A stretch of DNA of 64,000 bases from Dehalococcoidia bacterium (GTDB lineage: Bacteria > Chloroflexota > Dehalococcoidia > Dehalococcoidales > Fen-1064). Below are positions 1 through 9,182 of this stretch, piece by piece. Location: the NCBI GenBank assembly GCA_011171075.1, contig DUFD01000017.1:1777-65776 (forward strand). Direction: 5' to 3'. How positions within the stretch are numbered: the first letter of the stretch is position 1; every line of letters begins with the position of its first letter. The position numbers and the translations under genes are program-made. Below the pieces are notes generated by a model that saw only the letters and a list, made by a program, of their open reading frames with translations, was not told the DNA's origin and made no database searches.

Positions 1-1
1 C

Positions 2-877
2 TACTTTGACCCGGCAGGTATCGAACTTGAGACCGATGACTATGTAGTGGTTGAGACGGCCCACGGGCATGAGGTGGGGCTGGTTGCTATCGCTCCGAAG
101 GAAGTATCGGATGATGACATTACCGCAACGCTGAAGCCGGTAGTGCGTAAGGCCGAACCGGAAGAAATCAGTAATGCCGAGCAATTCGAGGAGAAGAAAA
201 AAGAGGCACTGTCAACCTGCAGTGATTTAATCGCTGAACTGGACCTGCCGATGAAGCTACTCTCTGCGGAGTATAGCCTTGATGGGAAACACCTTACGTT
301 CTATTTCAGTGCCGCCGAGAGAGTCGATTTCCGGCAATTGGTCCGGGAGCTGGCCGGGCATTTCAAGATGAGGGTCGAGTTGAGGCAGGTGGGTGCCAGG
401 GATGAGACAAAGCTGCTGGGTGGATATGGGCGCTGTGGTCGCCCCCTGTGCTGTGCCAGCTTTTTGTCCGAATTTGCCCCCATATCTATCAGGATGGCCA
501 AGGAGCAAAGCCTGCCGCTTAATCCGATGAAGATATCCGGCCTGTGCGGTCGTTTGCTGTGCTGTCTCGCTTATGAGAACGAGCAGTACCGCGAGCTAAA
601 GGAGAAAATGCCGCAGGAAGGCCAGCAGGTAAGTACGTCTATGGGGAAAGCCCGGGTGGTCGGGAGTAACCCGTTAAAGGAAAGCGTGCTGGTTGAACTG
701 GAGAGCAAAGTGAGCGTCGAACTGCCTCTTAGTGAGGTTAAGTTTGGCGACGGCAAGACTGAGGTTGACACGGAAAACAAGACTGAGGAGCAGGCTGAAG
801 AGACTAATGATGTGAAGCCATCTCCTGCGAAGTCGGGGCGGAAGCGGGGGCAGCGAAAGAACCAGTCGCGTAGTTAG
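2..877 (+). CDS. PSP1 domain protein (RicT/YaaT-like), 5' end truncated by window edge
   Basis: The frame is open from nt 2, so the listed GTG at 47 is internal. Cys-rich PSP1 signature GRCGRPLCCASFL...ISGLCGRLLCCLAYE. Stop is TAG at 875-877. Confidence 0.85.
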   Translation, partial: YFDPAGIELETDDYVVVETAHGHEVGLVAIAPKEVSDDDITATLKPVVRKAEPEEISNAEQFEEKKKEALSTCSDLIAELDLPMKLLSAEYSLDGKHLTFYFSAAERVDFRQLVRELAGHFKMRVELRQVGARDETKLLGGYGRCGRPLCCASFLSEFAPISIRMAKEQSLPLNPMKISGLCGRLLCCLAYENEQYRELKEKMPQEGQQVSTSMGKARVVGSNPLKESVLVELESKVSVELPLSEVKFGDGKTEVDTENKTEEQAEETNDVKPSPAKSGRKRGQRKNQSRS

Positions 878-1389
878 TGGGGGAGGTACCGCTGCCACTC
901 CTCGCGGGTTTCAAGATATTGACTGGGAATATATGAGTAGCGGTTGCTGCGTGGTGCGATCGGGGCCTGCTTGAGTTTCATCCTGGCTTCCTCAGGTGTT
1001 TTGCCGGCCTTACGCCGGTTACAGGGTACACAGGCACTGACCAGGTTTTCCCAGGTGTGCGGACCACCCCGATATCGCGGAATGACGTGATCCAGAGTAA
1101 GCTGCCGGGTCTGTTTACCGCAGTACTGACACGTAAAGCGGTCGCGGGTAAAAATCTCGAGTCGACTAAGCTTTCTTCCGGCACGGAAGGGGCGCTTAAC
1201 CAGGTAGGGCAGCCGGATTACCGAAGGTATCTGGAAGTCCTGATTCGCCCCATGAATAAATCCCCTACCGTCCTCCAGCATCTCGGCCTTTCTCTGGTAG
1301 AGCAGTACCACCGCACGGCGGGCCCGGCAGACGTTCAGCGGCTCGTAGTTTTGATTTAGCACCAGTACGGGAAGGTTTAGTACAGACAA
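874..1389 (-). CDS. HNH endonuclease
   Basis: HNH zinc-finger motif CQYCG..LTLDHVIPRYRGG..WENLVSACVPCNRRK. Its stop overlaps the convergent RicT stop within the tetranucleotide TTAG. Confidence 0.8.
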   Translation of the reverse strand: MSVLNLPVLVLNQNYEPLNVCRARRAVVLLYQRKAEMLEDGRGFIHGANQDFQIPSVIRLPYLVKRPFRAGRKLSRLEIFTRDRFTCQYCGKQTRQLTLDHVIPRYRGGPHTWENLVSACVPCNRRKAGKTPEEARMKLKQAPIAPRSNRYSYIPSQYLETREEWQRYLPH

Positions 1390-1609
1390 GACAGTTCTCC
1401 GTATCCAGACCAGCCTATTTTACTACGTGAGTGAGGACTGTGCAAATTATGATGCGTAATATTGTAGTTAGGGTGATTTATATGGGGCGTTGCACTCTGT
1501 ATACGGGTACTGGCCCTATCCCCTACCTCTCCTTCCCCTCTGGAGAAGGGGAAGGTAATCATACGAAGGCTGTGCACCTTTTTGGCTACCTCTACCTGTC
1601 ACCTCATCC

Positions 1610-1638
1610 TTGACGCTATTCAATGGTACTGCTATCAT
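1610..1638 (+). promoter_or_regulatory. sigma70-like promoter candidate upstream of pyrF
   Basis: TTGACG (1610-1615), a 17-nt spacer, then TATCAT (1633-1638), about 40 nt before the pyrF ATG. Hand-indexed. Confidence 0.4.
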
Positions 1639-1676
1639 CAGGTACACCGTACCCGATTTGAATAGGAAACCGTGAC

Positions 1677-2492
1677 ATGAAGTTTGTCGAGAAGCTAACC
1701 AGGGCAATGCAAACTAACGATAGCCTGCTTTGCGTCGGCCTGGACACCGACCCTAAACGGATGCCGGAGGGTATCAGCATCGTGGACTTCAACCGGGCAA
1801 TAATTAGGGCTACGTCGGACCTCGTCTGTGCCTACAAACCTAACCTGGCCTTCTACGAAGCCATGGGGGACGAGGGGTGGTCTGCCTTGAAGGAGACCGT
1901 GAAAAATATACCTGACAATATCCCCGTAATCGCCGATGCCAAGCGAGGTGACATTGGTAACACAGCTACCGCCTATGCTAGGGCTATCTTCGACAACCTG
2001 GGTTTCGATGCTACCACCGTTAATCCGTACCTGGGTTTTGATGCGGTAGAGCCATTCCTATCCTACGAGGAGCGGGGGGTGATTATCCTCTGCCGAACAT
2101 CGAATGCAGGCGCAACCGACTTCCAGGACCTGCTCTGCCAGTACGGAGACGGGTACCGCCCTCTGTACGAGATAGTCGCCCTCAAGGCCAGCCAGTGGAA
2201 TATCCACGGCAATATCGGGTTGGTCATCGGGGCAACCTACCCGGAGGAACTGAGTATCATCCGGCGACAGCACCCGGAGATACCATTCCTTGTGCCTGGA
2301 GTGGGTGCACAGGGCGGAGACCTTGCACAGGCAGTCCGTCATGGTATTGATGCGAACGGCCGGGGTATGATTATCAACTCGTCACGACAGATTCTATACG
2401 CCTCGACAGGGAATGATTTCAACAGCGCCGCCCGACAGGCTGCCACAGAACTACGCGACGAAATAAATCGGCACCGGTCCGGCCTTGCCTAA
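1677..2492 (+). CDS. pyrF: orotidine 5'-phosphate decarboxylase (type 2)
   Basis: LCVGLDTDP and ADAKRGDIGNTA catalytic motifs. The 271-aa length fits the long PyrF subtype. Confidence 0.9.
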   Translation: MKFVEKLTRAMQTNDSLLCVGLDTDPKRMPEGISIVDFNRAIIRATSDLVCAYKPNLAFYEAMGDEGWSALKETVKNIPDNIPVIADAKRGDIGNTATAYARAIFDNLGFDATTVNPYLGFDAVEPFLSYEERGVIILCRTSNAGATDFQDLLCQYGDGYRPLYEIVALKASQWNIHGNIGLVIGATYPEELSIIRRQHPEIPFLVPGVGAQGGDLAQAVRHGIDANGRGMIINSSRQILYASTGNDFNSAARQAATELRDEINRHRSGLA

Positions 2493-2501
2493 GGACAGCC
2501 A

Positions 2502-2705
2502 ATGGTTACCGAGATAAGGCTGGGAGATGTGGTTCGCCTCAAGAAAAAACACCCCTGCGGCAGTGACCAGTGGGAGGTGGTAAGACTCGGGGCCGACATC
2601 GGTATCAGGTGCCAGGGATGCCAGCACCGCGTTCTCCTGGCACGCAGTGTTTTCGAGCGCCGAATCCGGGATTTCATCTCCCGTGGACCGCAGTCCGATA
2701 AATAG
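2502..2705 (+). CDS. DUF951 family small protein
   Basis: 67 aa. [39 protein letters not shown] matches my memory of the DUF951 (YyzM-like) pattern. Confidence 0.65.
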   Translation: MVTEIRLGDVVRLKKKHPCGSDQWEVVRLGADIGIRCQGCQHRVLLARSVFERRIRDFISRGPQSDK

Positions 2706-2749
2706 CACCGAATCAGCAACGATAATGGTGAAGTGAAGGGACCCTGCTG

Positions 2750-3730
2750 ATGGCGGATAAAGACAGACCTCTCGTAGTAGTCGAAAACCTCTGTACTCAC
2801 TTTCCCATAAAAACTGGCGTCTTCAAGAAAACGGTAGCTTACGTCAGAGCGGTGGATGGCGTCAGTCTCACCATTCGTAAAGGTGAAACAGTGGGGCTGG
2901 TTGGCGAGACCGGCTGTGGCAAGACAACACTCGGGCGTTCTATCCTCTGGCTGCAGAAGCCCACCAGCGGACGGGTATACTTCGATGGCGTTGACCTTGA
3001 TAAGCTTAGCGATGGCGAGTTACGCAGCAAGCGACAGGATATGCAGATGATATTCGAGAATCCTTACAGCTCGATTGACCCCGGGATGAGGGTCGGCGGG
3101 ATAATCACCGAACCGCTACAGATTCATAACCTGGCCGGTAAGGACGAACTAGATGACCGGGCCCGGGAACTGCTGGTCCTGGTGGGACTCGACGCAGATA
3201 TGGTGGAACGTTATCCGAGTGAGCTCAGCGGTGGCCAACGGCAGCGTGTTGAGCTGGCACGAGCACTTGCCCTGAGACCGAGTTTTATCGTCTGTGACAA
3301 TCCGCTGGCACATCTAGATGTCTCCATGCAGGCTCAGCTTACACAGATGCTCACCTGGCTCCGCGACTGGCGGCAGCTTGCTTACCTGTTTATCGCCCAT
3401 GACCTCGCTTTGGTACGGAGAATCAGCCACCGTGTTGCGGTAATGTACCTGGGACAGATTGTAGAGAGCGCTGAGACCGATGAGTTGTTTGATAATCCAT
3501 TGCATCCATACACCCAGGCCTTAATATCAGCCGTGCCGGTACCGGACCCGGCCGAGCGTGACCGCAAAGTGCTCCTGCTACCAGGAGAGCCACCCAGTCC
3601 TGTCGACCCACCCTCCGGCTGTCGTTTCCACCCAAGATGTAACGTCGCTGTCAATAGGTGCAATCAGTCAGTACCTGAGCTGAGGGAAACTGACCAAGAA
3701 GGGCACGAGGTCGCCTGCCACCTTGTTTAG
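2750..3730 (+). CDS. oligopeptide/dipeptide-type ABC transporter ATP-binding protein (OppF/DppF family), orphan
   Basis: Walker A GETGCGKTT and signature LSGGQRQRV. The C-terminal oligopeptide-type extension ends HPYT..GCRFHPRC. No permease or binding-protein gene is adjacent. Confidence 0.85.
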   Translation: MADKDRPLVVVENLCTHFPIKTGVFKKTVAYVRAVDGVSLTIRKGETVGLVGETGCGKTTLGRSILWLQKPTSGRVYFDGVDLDKLSDGELRSKRQDMQMIFENPYSSIDPGMRVGGIITEPLQIHNLAGKDELDDRARELLVLVGLDADMVERYPSELSGGQRQRVELARALALRPSFIVCDNPLAHLDVSMQAQLTQMLTWLRDWRQLAYLFIAHDLALVRRISHRVAVMYLGQIVESAETDELFDNPLHPYTQALISAVPVPDPAERDRKVLLLPGEPPSPVDPPSGCRFHPRCNVAVNRCNQSVPELRETDQEGHEVACHLV

Positions 3731-3880
3731 ACTAGCGAATCATCAACACCTCTGACCTCTATACCGAACACAAGGGCTTGACATGTATCAATCTGGACGC
3801 GTAAAGTTAATTGCTCAAGGGCATACATATTCTAGATATTACTACCCGTCAATGCAGAGCCAGACAACTACTCAAGCTTT

Positions 3881-4987
3881 TTGAGGTGGACAGTGCTACC
3901 CGAATTCGCAGAAGGTTCACCACTCTGGGAATCCTTGTGGTCAATAGGTGTATTCCTGGTATACCTGCTGGCTGCCTCGTTGATTTACCTGTTAATGCGT
4001 TACGTAGAGCGAAAGCTGGAGGGTCGAAGAAGAAGAACCAGACTAATCCGCCAATTAATATCAAGTCTCCACAAGCCCGTCTTTCTGCTGATAGTCACCC
4101 AGGGCATTATCTGGGCACTAGCCACGCCGTCCTACCTGTTTTCGTGGCATCCCGTGTTACAGGAAATAAGTATCGGCGTAGCGATTGCTATTGCCGCCTA
4201 CGGTGTGGGACTGGTTGTCGCCGCTATCGTCGAATGGTACATGCGCTCGCGTGGCATCCGACGCAAGGCACAGATTGACGAAGGCCTGATCCGCTTTGTT
4301 CGCAGGATTTTACTCATCTCATTCTACCTAGTTGGTCTTCTAATTTTGCTGGCATATTATGACGTTGATATCACGCCCATTATAGCCGGTCTTGGTGTTG
4401 GTGGTCTGGCCGTAGCCCTGGCACTCCAGCCCACACTGGGCAATTTCTTCGCCGGTACACAGATAGTATCCGACCGCGTTGTGCGGGTTGGGGACTATAT
4501 TGAGCTGAACGATGGCACCAGGGGTTATGTCACCGATATAGGCTGGCGTAGTACCCGAATCCGCACCCAGCAAAATAATATGGTCATCATTCCCAACTCG
4601 AACCTGGCAGCGAGTGTCATCACCAATTTCTACGGCCCCACCATGGAGATAGGCGTTATCGTCAACTGTGGCATCAGCTACAGCAGCGACCTCACAAAGG
4701 TCCAGGAAGTAGCCCTGGATGTTGCCCGAAAGGTAGTCGCTGAAATGGACGAAGCAGCTAAAGACTTCGAGCCCAGATTCTATTATGAAGAGTTCGGTGA
4801 TTCCAACATAAACTTCTGGGTCTGGGTCCAGGCAATAGACCGGCTGGCTTCATTCCGATTAAAAAGTGAGCTTATCAGACAACTCCACGCCCGCTTTGGG
4901 CAAGAGGGTATTACCATCAACTACCCGGTACGGCGGCTTGTCTATGATGAAAGAAACCCACCGCTGCTACCGGGTAGTCCGCAATAA
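3881..4987 (+). CDS. mechanosensitive ion channel (MscS family)
   Basis: N-terminal TM helices, then the MscS core QPTLGNFFAGTQIVSDRVVRVGDYIEL..GYVTDIGWRSTRIRT..NNMVIIPNS. GTG start. Confidence 0.85.
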   Translation: MRWTVLPEFAEGSPLWESLWSIGVFLVYLLAASLIYLLMRYVERKLEGRRRRTRLIRQLISSLHKPVFLLIVTQGIIWALATPSYLFSWHPVLQEISIGVAIAIAAYGVGLVVAAIVEWYMRSRGIRRKAQIDEGLIRFVRRILLISFYLVGLLILLAYYDVDITPIIAGLGVGGLAVALALQPTLGNFFAGTQIVSDRVVRVGDYIELNDGTRGYVTDIGWRSTRIRTQQNNMVIIPNSNLAASVITNFYGPTMEIGVIVNCGISYSSDLTKVQEVALDVARKVVAEMDEAAKDFEPRFYYEEFGDSNINFWVWVQAIDRLASFRLKSELIRQLHARFGQEGITINYPVRRLVYDERNPPLLPGSPQ

Positions 4988-5005
4988 AGGGAAGGAGAGC
5001 AAATT

Positions 5006-5791
5006 ATGGATTTATCACGGTTCTCACTTGAGGGTAAGGTAGCCCTGGTAACCGGCGCCAGCCGTGGTATCGGTAAAGCTACAGCGCTCGGGTTTGCCAA
5101 CGCCGGCGCTGACGTAGTGGTGACCAGCCGCAAGCTGCCGGACCTGGAACTGGTGGCCGAAGAAATTAGAGAGTTAGGGCGAAAATCTTTGCCAGTAGCC
5201 TGTCATGTAGGGCGGATGGACCAGATACAGGAACTGGTCAAAACGGCAGTAGGCGAATTCGGCACGATTGATATACTGGTAAACAATGCCGGCACCAGTC
5301 CTGTCCTGGCCTCATCGCTAGACCTAGAGGAAAGGGCCTGGGATGTGGTGATGAACCTCAATCTGAAAGGACTGTTCTTCCTCAGCCAGGCAGCGGGCAG
5401 GGTAATGAAAGAGCACGGCGGTGGCAGAATCATCAACGTTGCTTCAATCGATGCCTATAAGCCTGAATATCACGTCGGAGCGTACTCAATCAGCAAAGCG
5501 GCCGTTGTCATGGTGACCAAGGTTATGGCCGTGGAACTGGCACAGTATAATATCCGTGTTAACTGCATCGCACCGGGTGCGGTGGAGACCCGTATCTATG
5601 ATTCCCACTGGTTTAACGTCTCTGAAGAGCAGATGAAAAAGGACAAAGCAGAGATTGCCAAGAGAATACCGGTGGGCCATATCGGACAGCCGGATGAGAT
5701 AGCCGGTGCCATGATATACCTAGCATCTGACGCCTCGAGTTACATGACCGGCGAGACTATTCTGATAGATGGCGGTAGTTTTCTGGTATAG
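5006..5791 (+). CDS. SDR family oxidoreductase (FabG-like)
   Basis: TGASRGIG cofactor motif, NNAG, and catalytic YSISK. Confidence 0.9.
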   Translation: MDLSRFSLEGKVALVTGASRGIGKATALGFANAGADVVVTSRKLPDLELVAEEIRELGRKSLPVACHVGRMDQIQELVKTAVGEFGTIDILVNNAGTSPVLASSLDLEERAWDVVMNLNLKGLFFLSQAAGRVMKEHGGGRIINVASIDAYKPEYHVGAYSISKAAVVMVTKVMAVELAQYNIRVNCIAPGAVETRIYDSHWFNVSEEQMKKDKAEIAKRIPVGHIGQPDEIAGAMIYLASDASSYMTGETILIDGGSFLV

Positions 5792-5861
5792 ATACCAAAG
5801 TCAACCACACGCGCTGCGGCATCCGGTGATAAGGGCCCTTTATTTCTAAAGGTGGGTAGCG

Positions 5862-6698
5862 ATGAGAAAATTCCTGGCGATATTTTTTGGTTTTCTGCTG
5901 GTGTTGACTCTGGTGACATGGTCTTGCGATGAAACGACACCCGTGGACGGGGAACAGGAAGAAGAGGAGGAAGTGGTAGAGGTTATCTTCACCGACCCAA
6001 ACCTTGACGCAGCTGTAAGAGAGGTTATTAGCAAGCCCATAGACGCCATCTTCGTTTCTGATCTCACAGAACTGACCTTTCTTGACGCGCAAGAAAGAGG
6101 CGTTACCGACCTCACTGGATTGGAATATTGTACTAACCTGACCATCCTATACCTTAGCGGGAACCAGATAAGCGACCTCTCACCACTGGCTTCACTCACC
6201 AACCTGAGCATGCTTGACCTTATCAGGAACCAGATAAGCGACCTCTCACCACTGGCTTCACTCACCAACCTGACTACCCTCTACCTTAACTGGAACCAGA
6301 TAAGTGATCCCTCACCGCTGGCTTCCCTCACGAGCCTAACCGATCTCTGGCTCTACGTAAACCAGATAAACGACATTTCATCATTGGCTTCATTGACCAA
6401 CCTGACCACTCTACACCTTAGCAGCAACCAGATAAGCGATATCTCACCACTGGCTTCACTTACCAACCTGACCACTCTCTACCTCACCAGCAACCAGATA
6501 AGCGATATCTCACCACTGGCTTCACTTACCAACCTGACCACTCTCTACCTCACCAGTAACCAGATAAGCGATATCTCACCACTGGCTTACCTTTCCAAAC
6601 TGATTGAGCTCTGGCTTTCAAATAATCCCCTGGATGAGATCGCAACAAATATACACGTCCCCCAGCTTGAAGAAAGAGGGGTAAAAGTTATTCGCTGA
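5862..6698 (+). CDS. leucine-rich repeat lipoprotein (internalin-like 22-aa LRRs)
   Basis: Signal peptide ending LVTWSC (lipobox-like). About eight 22-aa repeats NQISDxSPLASLTNLTxLxLxx. C-terminal cap NPLDEIATNIHVPQLEERGVKV. Confidence 0.85.
   Translation: MRKFLAIFFGFLLVLTLVTWSCDETTPVDGEQEEEEEVVEVIFTDPNLDAAVREVISKPIDAIFVSDLTELTFLDAQERGVTDLTGLEYCTNLTILYLSGNQISDLSPLASLTNLSMLDLIRNQISDLSPLASLTNLTTLYLNWNQISDPSPLASLTSLTDLWLYVNQINDISSLASLTNLTTLHLSSNQISDISPLASLTNLTTLYLTSNQISDISPLASLTNLTTLYLTSNQISDISPLAYLSKLIELWLSNNPLDEIATNIHVPQLEERGVKVIR
6425..6556 (+). repeat. perfect 66-bp tandem duplication (2 copies) inside the LRR gene
   Basis: 6425-6490 and 6491-6556 are identical on reading (caaccagataagcgatatctcaccactggcttcacttaccaacctgaccactctctacctcaccag). 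A third, diverged unit follows. Confidence 0.85.
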
Positions 6699-6843
6699 TC
6701 CCCCTCTTTGTTTAGCAAGCCTCTTCGGTTTGCCCAGATGCATTCAATTCTTTCGACGTATGCCCTGCCCCTCTCACTTGTTAGAGAGGTCAAAATAGAG
6801 TAAATATCGGGCTGAAACCCTCCCCTCAACTCTCCCGTTCGAA

Positions 6844-7701
6844 CTAGACCACTGGTTCCACCGGTGCATTGCCGAAATAGACCTTGGTGTGCGGCCACGG
6901 AATCTCGATACCCTCGCTATCAAACGCCTTCTTCATGCGGAGTCTCAGTTCTCCCATAACACCCCACTGCTCACTGGGCTTAACATCACCGAGCATCTTG
7001 ATGTCTATCCCCGAATCTCCCAGGTTATTCACCCTCAACACCTGGGGTGGTGTTACGATTAAACTCCTCCACTTTTCGTCCTCGGCCAGTTCCTGGCCCA
7101 CGCGATTCATCACCCTGATAGCGTGGTCTAAATTGGTACCATAGGCTACCGAGAAATCAAGGTTTACCCTGGCGAAGTGCCTGGTGAAGTTGCTGGCCAC
7201 TCTTATCTCGCCGTTGGGTATGTGATGCACGATACCGTCCAGATCACGTAGGACCGTCTTGCGGAGTGTGATGTCCTCCACCAGACCTGGGACATCAGCT
7301 ATCCTGGCCACATCACCAACCCGGTACTGGTTCTCCATGATGATGAAGATGCCGGCTATGAGGTCTCTTATCAGGTACTGCGCGCCGAAGCCAACGGCAA
7401 TACCGGCAATACCAAAGCCAGCCAGTATCGGCCCGATATCTACCCCAAGCTCTGATAAAATGAGTAACAGCACAATCACCACGATAACCACCCGGCCTGT
7501 CCCCGTAAGAATGCCGACCAGTGTATCGTGCCTTTTGGCGACACCCCTGGCACTTTCACCTTTTGTCCTGACCATGAAGCGTCGGACAATTGGTCTCAGT
7601 ATTTTCCTTAAAAGGAACCAGAGGACAGCCCCCACTGCCAGTATGGCAAGGATACGTATCCCGTGCGACAGAAACCAGTCCCATGCAGTAGCCCAGTCCA
7701 T
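6844..7701 (-). CDS. mechanosensitive ion channel (MscS family, small)
   Basis: Three TM helices plus LIRDLIAGIFIIMENQYRVGDVARI..GLVEDITLRKTVLRDLDG..HIPNGEI. Confidence 0.85.
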   Translation of the reverse strand: MDWATAWDWFLSHGIRILAILAVGAVLWFLLRKILRPIVRRFMVRTKGESARGVAKRHDTLVGILTGTGRVVIVVIVLLLILSELGVDIGPILAGFGIAGIAVGFGAQYLIRDLIAGIFIIMENQYRVGDVARIADVPGLVEDITLRKTVLRDLDGIVHHIPNGEIRVASNFTRHFARVNLDFSVAYGTNLDHAIRVMNRVGQELAEDEKWRSLIVTPPQVLRVNNLGDSGIDIKMLGDVKPSEQWGVMGELRLRMKKAFDSEGIEIPWPHTKVYFGNAPVEPVV

Positions 7702-7878
7702 AATACTAACCCTCCTGAATGACAGACTTGGATTAGATTATACTATATTTTCATGTGGGAACCCTGCCACCAGCAGTACCCGGCAAAATCGTTTCTCTCT
7801 CCACTTTGACTTTCCAGATTCACGATGCTATCCTTGGCACGATATGTACGTCACACTTAAATTCGAGAGGCGAGCTAG

Positions 7879-8745
7879 GTGATGCACCGGGTTATATTAT
7901 GCCTCTTAACGACAGCCATTTTTCTGATTTGTAGTACCTCTATAGCCTGTGACCCGCAAGAGATAACTTTTCCCGATTCAAAACTTGACTCAGCTATAAG
8001 GGAAGCAATCAATAAGCCCGAAGGTACCATACTTGTTTCTGACCTCAAAGAAATAACCTTTCTTAATGCGCAAGAAAGAGATATCACCGACCTCACCGGA
8101 TTGGAATATTGCACTAATCTTTCAGAACTCTGGCTTAACACAAACCAGATAAGCGATATTTCGCCACTGGCTTCACTGACCAGCCTGACTAAACTCGTGC
8201 TTGACGAGAACCAGATAAGCGACCTCTCTCCACTGGCTTCCCTTACCAATTTGACCGAACTCTGGCTTAATACGAACCAGATAAGCAATATCTCACCACT
8301 GGCTTCTCTAACCAACCTGACCAAGCTTGCCCTAGCCACGAACCAGATAAGCGACCTCTCGCCGCTGACTTCCCTCACCAATCTAACTAGCCTCAGGCTC
8401 AGCGAGAACCAGATAAGCGACACCTCGTTTCTGGTGTCCTTGACCAACCTGAGTGTGCTCAATCTAGCGATGAACCAGATAAGTGACCTCTCTCCACTGG
8501 CTTCTCTAACTAGCCTGACCAGACTCACACTTGATGGGAACCAGATAAACGACATCTCTCCACTGGCTTCGCTTACAAATTTGACCGGGCTCGCTCTCGC
8601 CACGAACCAGATAAACGACATCTCTCCACTGATTTTCCTCCCCAACCTGGGCGGTCTCTGGCTTAGAGATAATCCCCTGAATGAGACATCAGTAAATATC
8701 TATATTCCCCAGCTCCGTGAAAGAGGGGTTGAAGTTGTTGACTGA
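7879..8745 (+). CDS. leucine-rich repeat lipoprotein, paralog of 5862..6698
   Basis: Signal peptide ending STSIAC. Nine 22-aa LRRs. N-cap and C-cap are the same as in the first LRR protein (..NAQERDITDLTGLEYCTNL.. / NPLNETSVNIYIPQLRERGVEV). GTG 7879 or ATG 7882 start. Confidence 0.85.
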   Translation: MMHRVILCLLTTAIFLICSTSIACDPQEITFPDSKLDSAIREAINKPEGTILVSDLKEITFLNAQERDITDLTGLEYCTNLSELWLNTNQISDISPLASLTSLTKLVLDENQISDLSPLASLTNLTELWLNTNQISNISPLASLTNLTKLALATNQISDLSPLTSLTNLTSLRLSENQISDTSFLVSLTNLSVLNLAMNQISDLSPLASLTSLTRLTLDGNQINDISPLASLTNLTGLALATNQINDISPLIFLPNLGGLWLRDNPLNETSVNIYIPQLRERGVEVVD

Positions 8746-8788
8746 TACTTCATTCAATCAGTAAGGTACTTCAAGAGCTACCGGGATA

Positions 8789-8858
8789 GGCCACAGGATT
8801 TTTACCAGTGGTAGTCCTGTGGCCCTGTTGAAGAAAAGAGAGGGCTGGCGCCCTCTCT
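8789..8858. terminator. two hairpins between convergent genes (possible bidirectional terminator)
   Basis: GGCCACAGGA(8789-8798)/TCCTGTGGCC(8815-8824) form a 10-bp stem. AGAGAGGGC/GCCCTCTCT (8837-8858) form a 9-bp stem. There is no clear U-tract. Confidence 0.35.
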
Positions 8859-8889
8859 CAAACTCTCCTCTATCTTTATGCTAAGCTCC

Positions 8890-9144
8890 CTACGCCTTCT
8901 CTTTCTTAGCTCTCTTGGCCTCGGCTTTGGCGCGTTTCTTGTCTACCTTGGCCTGAGTAGTGGCGGCTATCTCAGAGGGCGAAGGTGGTGGAGTAGCAGG
9001 GGCTTCGGGTGCCGGAGGCTCAGACTTTTTATGACGCATTTTTTCAATCAGCATCATCGCCAGGTGCCGCCCGAAATACCCGATAAACCCGGCGGCGAAG
9101 ACTATACCAACCCACTTCAATACCTCTATAGCTGTGTCACCCAT
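8890..9144 (-). CDS. small membrane protein with Pro-rich linker and Lys/Ala-rich tail (hypothetical)
   Basis: 84 aa with one TM helix (WVGIVFAAGFIGYF), then a PAPEAPATPPPSPS linker and a KKRAKAEAKRAKKEKA tail. It lies directly downstream of mfd on the same strand. Confidence 0.4.
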   Translation of the reverse strand: MGDTAIEVLKWVGIVFAAGFIGYFGRHLAMMLIEKMRHKKSEPPAPEAPATPPPSPSEIAATTQAKVDKKRAKAEAKRAKKEKA

Positions 9145-9182
9145 GAAATAACTAACCTCGTAACTGATTCACCAGCATTATA

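Noticed and set aside
1531-1555. Possible PyrR-binding attenuator near pyrF. The hairpin's complement reads ..CUCCAGAGGGGAAGG.., resembling UCCAGAGAGG.
   Set aside because: The match is on the wrong strand for pyrF. The same hairpin belongs to a dispersed repeat family found at loci unrelated to pyrimidine genes.
7875-8645. 256-aa ORF antisense to the second LRR gene (and the 140-aa ORF 5846..6268 antisense to the first). Both have a repetitive ..SGERSLIWF.. sequence.
   Set aside because: The open frame is a by-product of the 66-bp codon periodicity of the LRR genes. The sense strand has signal peptides, caps and a recognisable LRR consensus, and the antisense product has none.
5862-8745. 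Regularly spaced ~66-bp repeats that could superficially suggest a CRISPR-like array.
   Set aside because: The repeats are contiguous, with no unique spacers, and lie in frame inside protein-coding LRR genes. No cas genes are present.
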